DNA of 64,000 bases from an uncultured Candidatus Saccharibacteria bacterium. Lineage in GTDB: Bacteria; Patescibacteriota; Minisyncoccia; Phycocordibacterales; JACOZG01. This document shows positions 8,537 to 17,672 of this stretch, piece by piece (position 1 is the first letter of the stretch; each line of letters begins with the position of its first letter). The stretch lies in NCBI GenBank assembly GCA_964651115.1, contig CAZYXJ010000002.1:48338-112337 (forward strand), read 5' to 3'. A program made the position numbers and the translations under genes. The notes under the pieces are model-generated. The model ran no database searches and was not told the origin of the DNA. It saw only the letters and a list, made by a program, of their open reading frames with translations.

Positions 8537-10348
8537 ATGGCTGAAGCCAAATTTATCCGAAATTTCTCGATTATTGCCCATATTGACCACGGTAAATCAA
8601 CCTTGGCCGATCGCTTGCTGGAGGCCACCGCCACCATCGAAAAGCGCAAAATGCGCGAACAGGTGCTGGATAGCATGGATCTGGAGCGCGAGCGGGGAAT
8701 TACGATCAAGATGCAACCGGTGCGCTTGCGCTATCATCGAGGGGCGGAGGAGTATCTTTTCCATCTAATTGATACGCCGGGGCACATTGATTTTTCTTAC
8801 GAAGTGTCGCGGGCCCTTAAGGCCGTTGAAGGGGTTCTGCTATTGGTTGATGCTACCCAGGGCGTCCAGGCTCAGACTTTTACGGTGTTGGCTATGGCTC
8901 AGGAGTTGGGATTGAAAATTATTCCGGTGGTGAACAAAATTGATTTGCCGGTTGCTCGGGTGGAGGAGACGAAGGCGGAGATTGTGAACTTGATTAAGTG
9001 TCGTCCAGAAGAGATTGTGGCCGTTTCGGGCAAGACTGGTGCTGGTGTGCCGGAGTTGTTGGAGGCGATTGTTGATCGTGTGCCACCGCCGACGAGCGAG
9101 TTTCCTACTACGGACGGCGCTCGCGCCTTGGTTTTTGATTTTTCTTATTCGATCCACCAGGGCGTGGTGGTCTATGCCCGAGTTTTTGATGGCGAAATTG
9201 TCACTGGTGATGAGTTGGTGTTTGCGGCCACGGGCGAGAAGTTTACCGCGTTAGAGGTGGGGACTTTCGCGCCGGAGAAGGTGGCGACTGGACGTTTGGC
9301 GGCCGGAGAGATTGGTTACGTGGTAACGGGCATTAAGCGCACGGGCAGTACTCGCGTGGGTGACACGCTGTTGCGGGCTAAAGTGCCATTGCCGCCCGAG
9401 CCAGGTTACGCCGAACCGCGTTCCGTCGTCTGGGCTTCTGTCTATCCGGAAAGCCAGGATGATTTGCCTACTTTGCGTCAGGCTCTGGGTCGCCTCAAGC
9501 TTGGCGATGCCGCTCTCTCGTTTGAAGAAGAGGCCTCCACGACCTTGGGCCGCGGTTTCCGTTGCGGTTTTTTGGGGTTGTTGCATCTAGAAATTATTAG
9601 CGAGCGACTCAAGCGCGAATTTAATTTATCGCTGATTATTGCGACGCCGTCAATTAGTTATACTGTAGAAAATTCTCGAACGGGCGAGCGCGAAGTGATC
9701 TACTCTCCGCACCTTTTTCCTGACGAGACCAAAAATTATCGGATTTGGGAGCCATGGGTCAGCGCGCGAGTGATCGTACCACCAAGTTACGTGGGTAATG
9801 TGATGAAAATTTTTAATGATCACGAAGTGGTGGTGCTGGCCGTCGAAACCTGGGGGACGGACCGAACGCTTTTAACTGTCGAATTGCCGCTGCGCGAACT
9901 GATGCGTAACTTTTTTGATGAACTGAAAAGCGTTTCTTCTGGTTATGCCTCTTTTTCTTATTCTCTTTTGCCCGAACGAGAGGCCGAGGTGATGAAGTTG
10001 GAGGTGCTGGTTAACGAGGAGGTGATCCCGGCTTTTACGCGGGTGGTGGCCCGGCGAAAATTGGATCACGAAGCGCAGGATGTAGCCGAACGGCTGAAAA
10101 ATTTATTACCGCGGCAGTTAATCGCGATCAAGATCCAGGCCCGCGGCGGTGGACGGATTGTGGCCGCCCGCAGTATTAGCGCCATGCGCAAAGACGTTAC
10201 CGACTATCTCTATGGTGGTGATATTACCCGCAAGATGAAATTGCGTGAGAAGCAGAAGAAAGGTAAAAAGAAAATGCAGTCCTTGGGCTCGGTTTCGATC
10301 CCCGAGGAGGTCTTCTTAAAGATGATTAGTGGCGGCGGGCAGAATTAA
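8537..10348 (+). CDS. lepA: Elongation factor 4 (LepA)
   Basis: The in-frame ATG at 8537 gives [29 protein letters not shown], the GTPase G1 motif, plus DTPGHIDF. The conserved LepA C-terminus ends ...EKQKKGKKKM. Confidence 0.9.
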   Translation: MAEAKFIRNFSIIAHIDHGKSTLADRLLEATATIEKRKMREQVLDSMDLERERGITIKMQPVRLRYHRGAEEYLFHLIDTPGHIDFSYEVSRALKAVEGVLLLVDATQGVQAQTFTVLAMAQELGLKIIPVVNKIDLPVARVEETKAEIVNLIKCRPEEIVAVSGKTGAGVPELLEAIVDRVPPPTSEFPTTDGARALVFDFSYSIHQGVVVYARVFDGEIVTGDELVFAATGEKFTALEVGTFAPEKVATGRLAAGEIGYVVTGIKRTGSTRVGDTLLRAKVPLPPEPGYAEPRSVVWASVYPESQDDLPTLRQALGRLKLGDAALSFEEEASTTLGRGFRCGFLGLLHLEIISERLKREFNLSLIIATPSISYTVENSRTGEREVIYSPHLFPDETKNYRIWEPWVSARVIVPPSYVGNVMKIFNDHEVVVLAVETWGTDRTLLTVELPLRELMRNFFDELKSVSSGYASFSYSLLPEREAEVMKLEVLVNEEVIPAFTRVVARRKLDHEAQDVAERLKNLLPRQLIAIKIQARGGGRIVAARSISAMRKDVTDYLYGGDITRKMKLREKQKKGKKKMQSLGSVSIPEEVFLKMISGGGQN

Positions 10349-10475
10349 CGGATCAGGGAGGGGATATAGAGCAAAATCATTCCGGCAATCACGATTAGAC
10401 TGACGATGGCGCTAATTAGATTGAGGGTGCGACGATGTCTTTTATTTAAAATCATAAGAGTATATTATACGAGGA

Positions 10476-10850
10476 ATGCGCGAGTTTCAAGGCAAACGCC
10501 GGCTAAAGCAATTTTTTTATTCTCGGGCAACCGTGGCCTTATTGATTTTGGCCGTTTTGCTCTTAGGGAAAGCGGCCGCCGGTGTTTGGTGGCGGTCGCG
10601 GGGTGTGGCTGAGGAACGTCAGGCAGTTGATCAGGAGTTGGCGGAGGCGGTATCGCGCCGTCAGGAACTGACAGCGTCGATTGCTCGCTTGGAAACGGCT
10701 CGGGGTGTCGAGGCGGAGTTGCGATCGAAGTTTTCGGTGGCACGGCCAGGCGAGCGAGTGATTTCGGTGATCTCGTCTGGGTCAGCCGAACCGGTGGCGC
10801 CACAAGATCGGGGCTGGTGGGAGTGGGTAAGGAATTTTTTGCGGGATTAG
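10476..10850 (+). CDS. Septum formation initiator-like protein (FtsB/DivIC family, putative)
   Basis: A single N-terminal TM helix is followed by a coiled-coil (QELAEAVSRRQELTASIARLETARGVEAELRSKF), an architecture typical of FtsB/FtsL. The last 10 nt overlap tRNA-Gly. Confidence 0.4.
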   Translation: MREFQGKRRLKQFFYSRATVALLILAVLLLGKAAAGVWWRSRGVAEERQAVDQELAEAVSRRQELTASIARLETARGVEAELRSKFSVARPGERVISVISSGSAEPVAPQDRGWWEWVRNFLRD

Positions 10851-10914
10851 TTTAGTGGTAGGACGATTGCTTCCCAAGCAATAGGCGGGGGTTCGATTCC
10901 CCCATCCCGCACCA
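10841..10914 (+). tRNA. tRNA-Gly (anticodon CCC), CCA encoded
   Basis: I folded a cloverleaf by eye. The anticodon loop TTCCCAA sits on stem TTGC/GCAA. The T-arm is GGGGGTTCGATTCCCCC and the acceptor is GCGGGAT/ATCCCGC. Confidence 0.85.
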
Positions 10915-11193
10915 ATGTTCATCAAGAAGCAGGAAAATTTTACGTGCGAGCGCTGTGGTGCGGTGGTGGAGGGCGATGGCTATACCAATCATTGCCCCGC
11001 TTGTTTGTGGTCCAAGCACGTGGATGTGGAGCCGGGTGATCGCGCCGCCGAGTGCGGGGGCTTGATGCGTCCGGTTGAGTATCAGGCCGCTGGCGGCGGC
11101 TTTGATCTGATCCACGAGTGCCTCAAGTGTGGTCACCGCAAGCGTAACAAGGTGGCGCCGGATGATGACCTTGCTCGGCTAGCGGCCCTCTGA
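10915..11193 (+). CDS. RNHCP-domain zinc-ribbon protein
   Basis: The translation contains CERCG...YTNHCPACLWSKHVD...CLKCGH, which matches the RNHCP domain signature. Confidence 0.5.
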   Translation: MFIKKQENFTCERCGAVVEGDGYTNHCPACLWSKHVDVEPGDRAAECGGLMRPVEYQAAGGGFDLIHECLKCGHRKRNKVAPDDDLARLAAL

Positions 11194-11205
11194 TAAACTG
11201 CAGTC

Positions 11206-11454
11206 ATGAAAAAAGTTGCCATTTACACGACTCCGACTTGTACTTATTGCCAGATGACTAAAGAGTTTTTTAAGCAGAATGGGGTAGAGTATTCCGAATA
11301 TGACGTGGCCGCCGACGTGGCCAGGCGTCAGGAGATGGTCGGTAAGACTGGGCAGATGGGCGTACCGGTAATCTCGGTGACGGAGGAGGATGGGGAGGAG
11401 CACTTGATTGTAGGCTTCGATAAGGGCGGTTTGTCGGCGGCGCTCGGCATCTAG
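11206..11454 (+). CDS. Glutaredoxin-like protein (NrdH/glutaredoxin family)
   Basis: A CTYC active-site motif (TPTCTYCQMTKEFF) sits near the N-terminus of an ~80 aa thioredoxin fold. Confidence 0.7.
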   Translation: MKKVAIYTTPTCTYCQMTKEFFKQNGVEYSEYDVAADVARRQEMVGKTGQMGVPVISVTEEDGEEHLIVGFDKGGLSAALGI

Positions 11455-11461
11455 TTCGCCG

Positions 11462-11535
11462 GCCTCTATAGTTCAATGGATAGAACAGTCCCGTCCTAAG
11501 GGATCGATCCCTGTTCGATTCGGGGTAGAGGCGCC
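11462..11535 (+). tRNA. tRNA-Arg (anticodon CCT)
   Basis: A cloverleaf folds with acceptor GCCTCTA/TAGAGGC and anticodon loop GTCCTAA. The T-loop is TTCGATT. Confidence 0.75.
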
Positions 11536-11558
11536 TTAAAAAATGTTATACTAGCACC

Positions 11559-11816
11559 GTGGATCAGCAAGACAAAATTTTACTTAAACAAGTCGCCGAG
11601 CTAACGGAAGAGAATAATCGGCTGGTCCGCAAACTCGTCACTTCCCAGCGGTGGAATCGGATCCTCTTTTTTGCCAAGTGGTTCGTGGTAATCGCCCTAA
11701 CTTTGGGAGCTTATTATTACATCCAGCCATTGGTGGACCAGGTGATCGAGACTTATCGTAATTTAGGAATAAAAATTCCCGAGACCAATAGTCTGGAGAA
11801 GTGGTTTAGCCAGTAA
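11559..11816 (+). CDS. Hypothetical small membrane protein with N-terminal coiled-coil
   Basis: An 85 aa ORF has one TM helix (ILFFAKWFVVIALTLGAYYYI). It lies between two tRNAs. No family was recognised. Confidence 0.35.
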   Translation: MDQQDKILLKQVAELTEENNRLVRKLVTSQRWNRILFFAKWFVVIALTLGAYYYIQPLVDQVIETYRNLGIKIPETNSLEKWFSQ

Positions 11817-11867
11817 GCCCTAGGGTTTACTTTTGAGCCTTTTTTCTCTAAAATAAGCCCACCCGAT

Positions 11868-11943
11868 GCTTGGATAGCTCAGTTGGTAGAGCATTCCCCT
11901 GAAGAGGGAAGGGTCGCCGGTTCGAGCCCGGCTCCAAGCACCT
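11868..11943 (+). tRNA. tRNA-Phe (anticodon GAA)
   Basis: The 5' end reads GCTTGGATAGCTCAGTTGGTAGAGC. The anticodon loop CTGAAGA sits on stem TTCCC/GGGAA. The T-arm is GCCGGTTCGAGCCCGGC. Confidence 0.85.
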
Positions 11944-11947
11944 TAGA

Positions 11948-12421
11948 TTAGAGCGACTTAACTTTGAGAGTTTGTTTCTTTCCCTTGTCGATTTTGGGCA
12001 GGCGGATCGTTAAGAGGCCGTGCTTTTCGAGGGCCTCAGCTTCTTCTACCTCCACTTCCGCAGGGAGGAGGATGGTCCGCGCGAAAGAGCCCCAGTAGAG
12101 CTCGCGCTGGAAGTAGTTATCCTCATTGATCTCTCGGACGCTCTCGCGCTTGCCCCGGATCGTGACCATGTCGCGAGTAATCCCCACCTCTAGATCTTCT
12201 GGCTTAACCCCAGAGACCATTGCTTTGATTACAATTTCTGAGGGTGTCTGGTAGACGTCGACGGCAAGCTCTCCTTCTTCGGCATCTTCGAGCCAGGCAC
12301 TACTTGAGGGGGCGGCGTGGCCGCGTTCGGGAGTTATTTCGGTTGGTCCCGATACCTCATCCTCATCTTGGATAGAAATACTGCCAGTCAAACGCTCAAG
12401 GAAAGATCGCTTTTTATTCAT
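11948..12421 (-). CDS. Hsp20/alpha-crystallin family small heat shock protein
   Basis: The alpha-crystallin domain is recognisable (VDVYQTPSEIVIKAMVSGVKPEDLEVGITRDMVTIRGKRE...GSFARTILLPAEV). Confidence 0.8.
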   Translation of the reverse strand: MNKKRSFLERLTGSISIQDEDEVSGPTEITPERGHAAPSSSAWLEDAEEGELAVDVYQTPSEIVIKAMVSGVKPEDLEVGITRDMVTIRGKRESVREINEDNYFQRELYWGSFARTILLPAEVEVEEAEALEKHGLLTIRLPKIDKGKKQTLKVKSL

Positions 12422-12425
12422 TGTT

Positions 12426-13166
12426 TTAAATAGTGTTTACTAAATCTCGAGTTCTCTGTGTCGCTTTAACTCGCTCGAACAAGAGAATGATCAGCAGAGC
12501 GGTTAGCCACAAGAGAGCAAAAATCTTCAGCACTCCCGAACCGTTACTCTGAATTATAGTGTAGTTAAACAGGGCATGCAACCCAACGGCCGTGCTTAGT
12601 CCGAGTAAAAAGTAAACGAGACGAGCGAGTGGTGATTTGTAAAAACCCAAACCAACAAAGCCACCGACTAAACCTGAGGCCACAATGTGGACCACTGAGG
12701 CGCCGATAAAGCGGAAGTTGCCGGTAATTAAAAAAGAGAGCGAGGATGAGCCGTCGGCGTTGATTGCGCCCAGCATAAAGAGCATATTTTCTAGCGCGGC
12801 AAAGCCGAGAGCGCCGGTAATCATATACATCATGGCGTCAACGGGCTCATCATAGTTGCGACCAGAGAGCGCGCCCACATAGACGGCCAAATACTTTAAA
12901 CCCTCCTCAATCAGCGACCAGAGAAAGACGACCAGGAGGAGGTTTTGGGCTAAGGGCCAAGTGTTGCCGACGGCGCGCTCGATAAAATAAGCCGGGATGA
13001 CGGCGAGTGCGCCGAGGACAAAGGTTTCGGCAATTTTGCCCCGCGGCTCAGGACTTTTTTGATCTTCGTGGAGCCAAAACCACAACCAAAAGAGCGCAGG
13101 CAGAACGCCACCCAAAAAAATAAAGGGGAAGATTTGCCAATTCTCGACTAGCGCGCTAGCGGCCAT
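12426..13166 (-). CDS. PrsW-family intramembrane metalloprotease
   Basis: It is a multi-TM protein carrying the EEGLKY and GFAALENMLF motifs characteristic of PrsW/YpdC proteases. Confidence 0.55.
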   Translation of the reverse strand: MAASALVENWQIFPFIFLGGVLPALFWLWFWLHEDQKSPEPRGKIAETFVLGALAVIPAYFIERAVGNTWPLAQNLLLVVFLWSLIEEGLKYLAVYVGALSGRNYDEPVDAMMYMITGALGFAALENMLFMLGAINADGSSSLSFLITGNFRFIGASVVHIVASGLVGGFVGLGFYKSPLARLVYFLLGLSTAVGLHALFNYTIIQSNGSGVLKIFALLWLTALLIILLFERVKATQRTRDLVNTI

Positions 13167-15307
13167 GGCGTGATGATGAGGGGAGTAGTTTCTTCATGGG
13201 GCAGGAGAGACCACAGTTCTTCGGTCACGGCGGGCATAAAGGGGTGGAGCAGTTTGAGCGAAGTAAGTAGAATCGTTGGTAAGACCGCGCAAACTTTTTT
13301 ATCTTGTTTGGCCTCCTCGATTATTTTATCAGCAACCGTGTGCCAAATATAGTGGTATAACTTTTCGCCGGCTAGATCGAAGCGGAAGTTCTCTAGGTCG
13401 TTAGTGATTTCTAGTTTAAATTTTTCTAATTCCTCGAGGTGGGGATGGTCGGGGGCGTTGGTCCAATCTTGGGCTTGAGCGTTGGTGGTAACGAAGCGAG
13501 CGATGTTCCACAGCTTGTTGGCGAAATGTTTGTAGGCTTTAACTTTGTTATCGCCAATTTTAGAATCATTGCCCGGACCGGTGCCGACGATGAGGGCCAT
13601 CCGGAGGGCGTCGGCGCCATATTTGGCGATAATCTCGAGCGGATCAATGGCGTTGCCAAGAGATTTGGAGAGCTTGCGACCCTGCTCATCGCGAACTAGG
13701 CCGTGGAGATAAACGGTGTGAAAGGGGATGTCGCCAAGCAGAAAGCCGCTCATTAAGATCATGCGTGCCACCCAAAAAAAGATGATGTCGTAACCGGTTT
13801 CGATCACATTAGTGGGATGGAAGGCGGCTAGATCAGCGGTTGGCTCGGGCCAACCAAGGGTCGAGAAGGTCCAAAGCCCGGAGGAGAACCAGGTATCGAG
13901 GGTGTCTTCGTCTTGCGTCCAGCCCTCGCCCGTGGGCTCTTCTGTGCCCACATAAATCTCCTCGCCGCGGTACCAAACAGGAATCCGATGGCCATACCAA
14001 ATTTGGCGGGAGATGCACCAGTCCCGGAGATTGTCGATCCAGTTAAAATAAATATTCTCAAACCGCTCGGGCAAAATTTTGATCTGGTCGTTTTTGACGA
14101 CGGCCTGCATCGCTTCTTTTAACGACACCATTTCACCTCTCTGGATACCGTTAATTTTATCGCTGGCGAAAGGGAATTTTTTGTTGACATCAATAAACCA
14201 CTGGCGCAAAATTTGTGGTTCAATTATCTCGTCACTTCGTTCGCTTGTGGCAATGTTGTGGACATAATTTTCTTCAATTTTCTCGACCAACCCCTTAGCC
14301 TTCAATTTTTCTATAATTGCTGGACGCGCCTTTTTGATGTGTTGGCCGGCAAATTCGCCGGAAATGGGCAGGAGTTTTCCCTTAAGATCGATTACCTGTT
14401 CTTTGGATAGATTGTGTTTTTGGGCTAGTTCAAAATCAGCCTGACTGTGCCATGGGGTGATGGTCATTACTCCCGTACCAAAATTCATGTCGATTGATTC
14501 GTCTTTAATTATCGTAGCGGTGATTGGCCCGTTAATCCACTCTAGGTCGATTTTCTGGCCATGATCATATTTATGGTAACGATGGTCGTCGGGGTGCATT
14601 ACTACGTACTTGTCTCCGAATTTTGTTTCTGGTCGGGCTGTGCCAATGATAAAGGGCCCATACTTTAAGTAGTAGAAATTAGTTTTTTCTTCTTTGTAAA
14701 CTATCTCATCGTCAGAAATGGTGGTTTGCAGCTTGGGATCCCAGTTAACGATCCGGTCGCCGCGGTAGATCAGTCCCGCTTCGTACATTTTTTTAAACGC
14801 GGTCCGGACGGCACGGGTCCGCGGCTCATCTAGCGTAAAGGCCTCGCGACTCCAATCCAGTGATGCCCCCATCTTTTTGCTCTGATTGATAATCGTGTCG
14901 TGGCTTTGCTGGGCAAATTCGTGCACGCGACGCAAAAATTCTTCGCGCCCGAGGTCGTGGCGATTTTTGTTTTCTTTTTTAACTAATTCTTTTTCTACTT
15001 TTGACTGCGTGGCGATAGCCGCGTGATCAGTGCCGGGCAACCAGAGTGTTCGGTCGCCGCGCATCCGATGGTAGCGGACCATAATATCTTCGATGGCGAG
15101 CGTCAAGGCGTGACCAAGATGGAGTTGGCCGGTGACGTTTGGTGGCGGCAGGACGATCGAAAAGTTTTGCCCACGATGATTGGGGCCATTTTCGGGTTTA
15201 AAATAGCCAGCTTCTTCCCAGGCACGATAAAGGCGATCTTCGGTGCTGGCCGGATCATAGGGTTTGAGCAATTTTTCGGGCACGTTGGGGGATGGGGGGG
15301 TGACCAT
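13148..15307 (-). CDS. valS: Valyl-tRNA synthetase (short form lacking the C-terminal coiled-coil)
   Basis: PPPNVTGQLHLGHAL is the HIGH motif in a ValRS-type context, and KLSKSLGN is the KMSKS motif. An editing domain is present. Confidence 0.8.
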   Translation of the reverse strand: MVTPPSPNVPEKLLKPYDPASTEDRLYRAWEEAGYFKPENGPNHRGQNFSIVLPPPNVTGQLHLGHALTLAIEDIMVRYHRMRGDRTLWLPGTDHAAIATQSKVEKELVKKENKNRHDLGREEFLRRVHEFAQQSHDTIINQSKKMGASLDWSREAFTLDEPRTRAVRTAFKKMYEAGLIYRGDRIVNWDPKLQTTISDDEIVYKEEKTNFYYLKYGPFIIGTARPETKFGDKYVVMHPDDHRYHKYDHGQKIDLEWINGPITATIIKDESIDMNFGTGVMTITPWHSQADFELAQKHNLSKEQVIDLKGKLLPISGEFAGQHIKKARPAIIEKLKAKGLVEKIEENYVHNIATSERSDEIIEPQILRQWFIDVNKKFPFASDKINGIQRGEMVSLKEAMQAVVKNDQIKILPERFENIYFNWIDNLRDWCISRQIWYGHRIPVWYRGEEIYVGTEEPTGEGWTQDEDTLDTWFSSGLWTFSTLGWPEPTADLAAFHPTNVIETGYDIIFFWVARMILMSGFLLGDIPFHTVYLHGLVRDEQGRKLSKSLGNAIDPLEIIAKYGADALRMALIVGTGPGNDSKIGDNKVKAYKHFANKLWNIARFVTTNAQAQDWTNAPDHPHLEELEKFKLEITNDLENFRFDLAGEKLYHYIWHTVADKIIEEAKQDKKVCAVLPTILLTSLKLLHPFMPAVTEELWSLLPHEETTPLIITPWPLAR

Positions 15308-15333
15308 GCGCCCAATAGTAGCAAAAACTAGCG

Positions 15334-16500
15334 TTAGGTTAAAGAGAGGTTGCCCTTGGCGGCCAGGGAGAAATCAGTCGTTAATTCTTTCTGTTCGAGG
15401 GCGCGGAAGTAAGCCGCCAGCCCAATCATGGTGGCATTGTCGGTAGTGAGAGCCGCCTCAGGAACGAGGAGTTTAATCTTGGGATATTCGTCGTCGAGGT
15501 ATTCTTTAAAAGCTTGTCGCAGACGCTGGTTGGCGATGACGCCACCGCCGATGATAAAAGTTTTAGGTTGATAAGCCTCGATTGCTTTGACGCTTTTGCG
15601 CAAGAGGACGTCGATGACTGCCTCTTGGAACTCGGTGGCGATCTCGACTTTGTCGATGTTTGAGAGGGGCTCTTTTTTGCGAGCCAAATAGAGGACAGCC
15701 GTTTTTAGGCCAGAGAACGAGAAGTCAAAATCGCCCGATTCCATCATGGGACGAGGGAGGCGGAAGTCGCGTTCACGTTCTGGTTCGGTCTCAGCCAGGC
15801 GGGAGATTTCTGGTCCGCCAGGATAAGGTAGTCCCAGAATTCTGGCCACCTTGTCGAAAGCTTCGCCGACGGCGTCGTCTCGTGTTTGCCCCAGAATTTT
15901 ATAATCATGCCAGTCGCGCACCAAGACTAGTTCGGTGTGGCCGCCACTAATTAACAAGGCGATGGCGGGGAAGTTGACCTTGCTCTCGGGTGAGGTGAGG
16001 ACGGAGACGATATGACCCTCCATATGATTGACGGGGATGACGGGCGCATTCCAACTTTTACTTAGGGCTTTGGCGCAGTTGATCCCCACCCAGAGGGCTG
16101 GTTCTAGGCCGGGACCTTGGGTGACGGCGATGGCATCAATATCGGGCACGGTCAGCGCCGGTACGGTGTCGAGAAAGAAGCTCAGTAATTCTGGTTCGCG
16201 CTCCAAAATTTCGCGGATCTCTTCGATCGTGGCCAGAGTTAGTTGATGGCCGGTTTTTTCGCGCGAGGCCACCGGCACCTTGGCGGTGCGGAGCGCTTCC
16301 ACCACGAGGGGGAGTAAGTTTTTAGAGTGTTCGCGTTTGGCTAGCGAGGGGACGACGCCGCCCCATTCGGCGTGGAGTTTGACTTGAGAGGAGACCAGGT
16401 GCGCGAGAACCGTAAAGTGCGGACGAGTAAAGCCACCAGTCGCTTCGATGACGCTGACAGCCGTCTCGTCACAGCTCGTTTCGATGGCCAGGATGCGCAT
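15334..16500 (-). CDS. tsaD: tRNA N6-adenosine threonylcarbamoyltransferase TsaD (Kae1/Gcp family)
   Basis: The N-terminus MRILAIETSCDETAVSVIE matches TsaD. An internal FDFSFSGLKTAV motif is also present. Confidence 0.85.
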   Translation of the reverse strand: MRILAIETSCDETAVSVIEATGGFTRPHFTVLAHLVSSQVKLHAEWGGVVPSLAKREHSKNLLPLVVEALRTAKVPVASREKTGHQLTLATIEEIREILEREPELLSFFLDTVPALTVPDIDAIAVTQGPGLEPALWVGINCAKALSKSWNAPVIPVNHMEGHIVSVLTSPESKVNFPAIALLISGGHTELVLVRDWHDYKILGQTRDDAVGEAFDKVARILGLPYPGGPEISRLAETEPERERDFRLPRPMMESGDFDFSFSGLKTAVLYLARKKEPLSNIDKVEIATEFQEAVIDVLLRKSVKAIEAYQPKTFIIGGGVIANQRLRQAFKEYLDDEYPKIKLLVPEAALTTDNATMIGLAAYFRALEQKELTTDFSLAAKGNLSLT

Positions 16501-16509
16501 TAAGATTAT

Positions 16510-17064
16510 TTACATCGACTGGATAACCTCCAGGAGTGGTCCGCGGCAATTGGCTGAGCCGTCAAAGATTCCCGTCATTAACGTTTGCGATGATTGCTGG
16601 AAGCTGGCGGAATTATTAATGACGCAGGTGAGCTCCTTGTTTTCCCAATCGGGGTTAGGGTTTTTGGTATATTTAAAGCTGATTTGGCAGCCACCACTGG
16701 CGGGTCCGATAATTTTGTACTCGACGGCCGCGATGCCTTCGGCGTCCACGTTAGTTGTGGCCGGCTGGCAAGCAGCAAATTTCTGCTCGAAGCAGTTTGC
16801 TCCCGAGCAGTTATTGGTGGTGGCAAGGTCGGTCGTGACCGAAACGTTAACGGTGCCAACTGGCGACGTGGCGCTGGTGGTGGCAGTGACGGTGGTTGTC
16901 GTGGGGGTGACAGCGGCTTCGGTCTCAAGTTGGGTCTCGGGCGCTTCTTCGACGGTGATGCCGGCGTTATTGACGCCGTACCAATAATAACCGCCGCCAG
17001 CGACGGCCAAAGCCACCACTATTACTAACACGATGCCAATAAATCCCGAATGGTAATTTTTCAT
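16510..17064 (-). CDS. Membrane-anchored secreted protein with Thr-rich linker and Cys-containing C-terminal domain (hypothetical)
   Basis: An N-terminal TM helix (FIGIVLVIVVALAVAG) is followed by a low-complexity TTTTVTATTSAT linker and a C-terminal domain with about 5 Cys. Confidence 0.45.
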   Translation of the reverse strand: MKNYHSGFIGIVLVIVVALAVAGGGYYWYGVNNAGITVEEAPETQLETEAAVTPTTTTVTATTSATSPVGTVNVSVTTDLATTNNCSGANCFEQKFAACQPATTNVDAEGIAAVEYKIIGPASGGCQISFKYTKNPNPDWENKELTCVINNSASFQQSSQTLMTGIFDGSANCRGPLLEVIQSM

Positions 17065-17091
17065 CAGATTAAAATTAAAATTATAAAAAGT

Positions 17092-17164
17092 GGGCGATAC
17101 AGGACTCGAACCTGTGACCTTTTCTACGTCAAAGAAACGCTCTAGCCAACTGAGCTAATCGCCC
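17092..17164 (-). tRNA. tRNA-Val (anticodon GAC)
   Basis: The reverse complement folds with acceptor GGGCGAT/ATCGCCC, anticodon loop TTGACGT and T-arm ACAGGTTCGAGTCCTGT. Confidence 0.85.
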
Positions 17165-17179
17165 ATTGCCGCGGGGGCG

Positions 17180-17268
17180 GGCGGAGGCGAGAGGATTTGA
17201 ACCTCTGAGGGGCTTTCGCCCCTGCCGCGTTTCGAATGCGGTGCCTTCAACCACTCAGCCACGCCTCC
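17180..17268 (-). tRNA. tRNA-Ser (anticodon CGA), long variable arm
   Basis: The reverse complement reads GGAGGCGTGGCTGAGTGGTTGAAGGCA... with anticodon loop TTCGAAA. The long extra arm (GGCAGGGGCGAAAGCCCCTC) and the T-arm GAGGTTCAAATCCTC fit a serine tRNA. Confidence 0.8.
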
Positions 17269-17433
17269 AGGGTTACGGCTGTAATCCTATCATCTTTTTG
17301 CCAAAAGCTCAAAAGATGCTATATTTTAGGCGCACGAGCCAGATAGCGGCCCTATCGTCCCTGCCTGCGCAGGCAGGTAATGGCTAGTGACATTCCGGAT
17401 AAAACAAAAAGAACTGTTTCGTAAATAATATAA

Positions 17434-17505
17434 GGCCCTATCGTCTAATGGCTAGGACATCACCCTCTCACGGTGGTAATCGGGGTTCGACTCCCCGTAG
17501 GGTCA
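17434..17505 (+). tRNA. tRNA-Glu (anticodon CTC)
   Basis: The 5' end reads GGCCCTATCGTCTAATGGCTAGGACA. The anticodon loop CTCTCAC sits on stem TCACC/GGTGG, and the T-arm is CGGGGTTCGACTCCCCG. Confidence 0.8.
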
Positions 17506-17672
17506 CAGGATCAAAAAAGATGTAGCCGGAGGTTACGTCTTTTTGCATCCCTAGTGATCTCTTGGCCGAGAGAGTTGAAAGTCACAGTCCGCCAGGGGGC
17601 GGACGAGGCGGGGTCGAGCAATCCGCCAGCGGGGCGGATATGCGTGACCACAGATTTTGATATAGTTATAAA

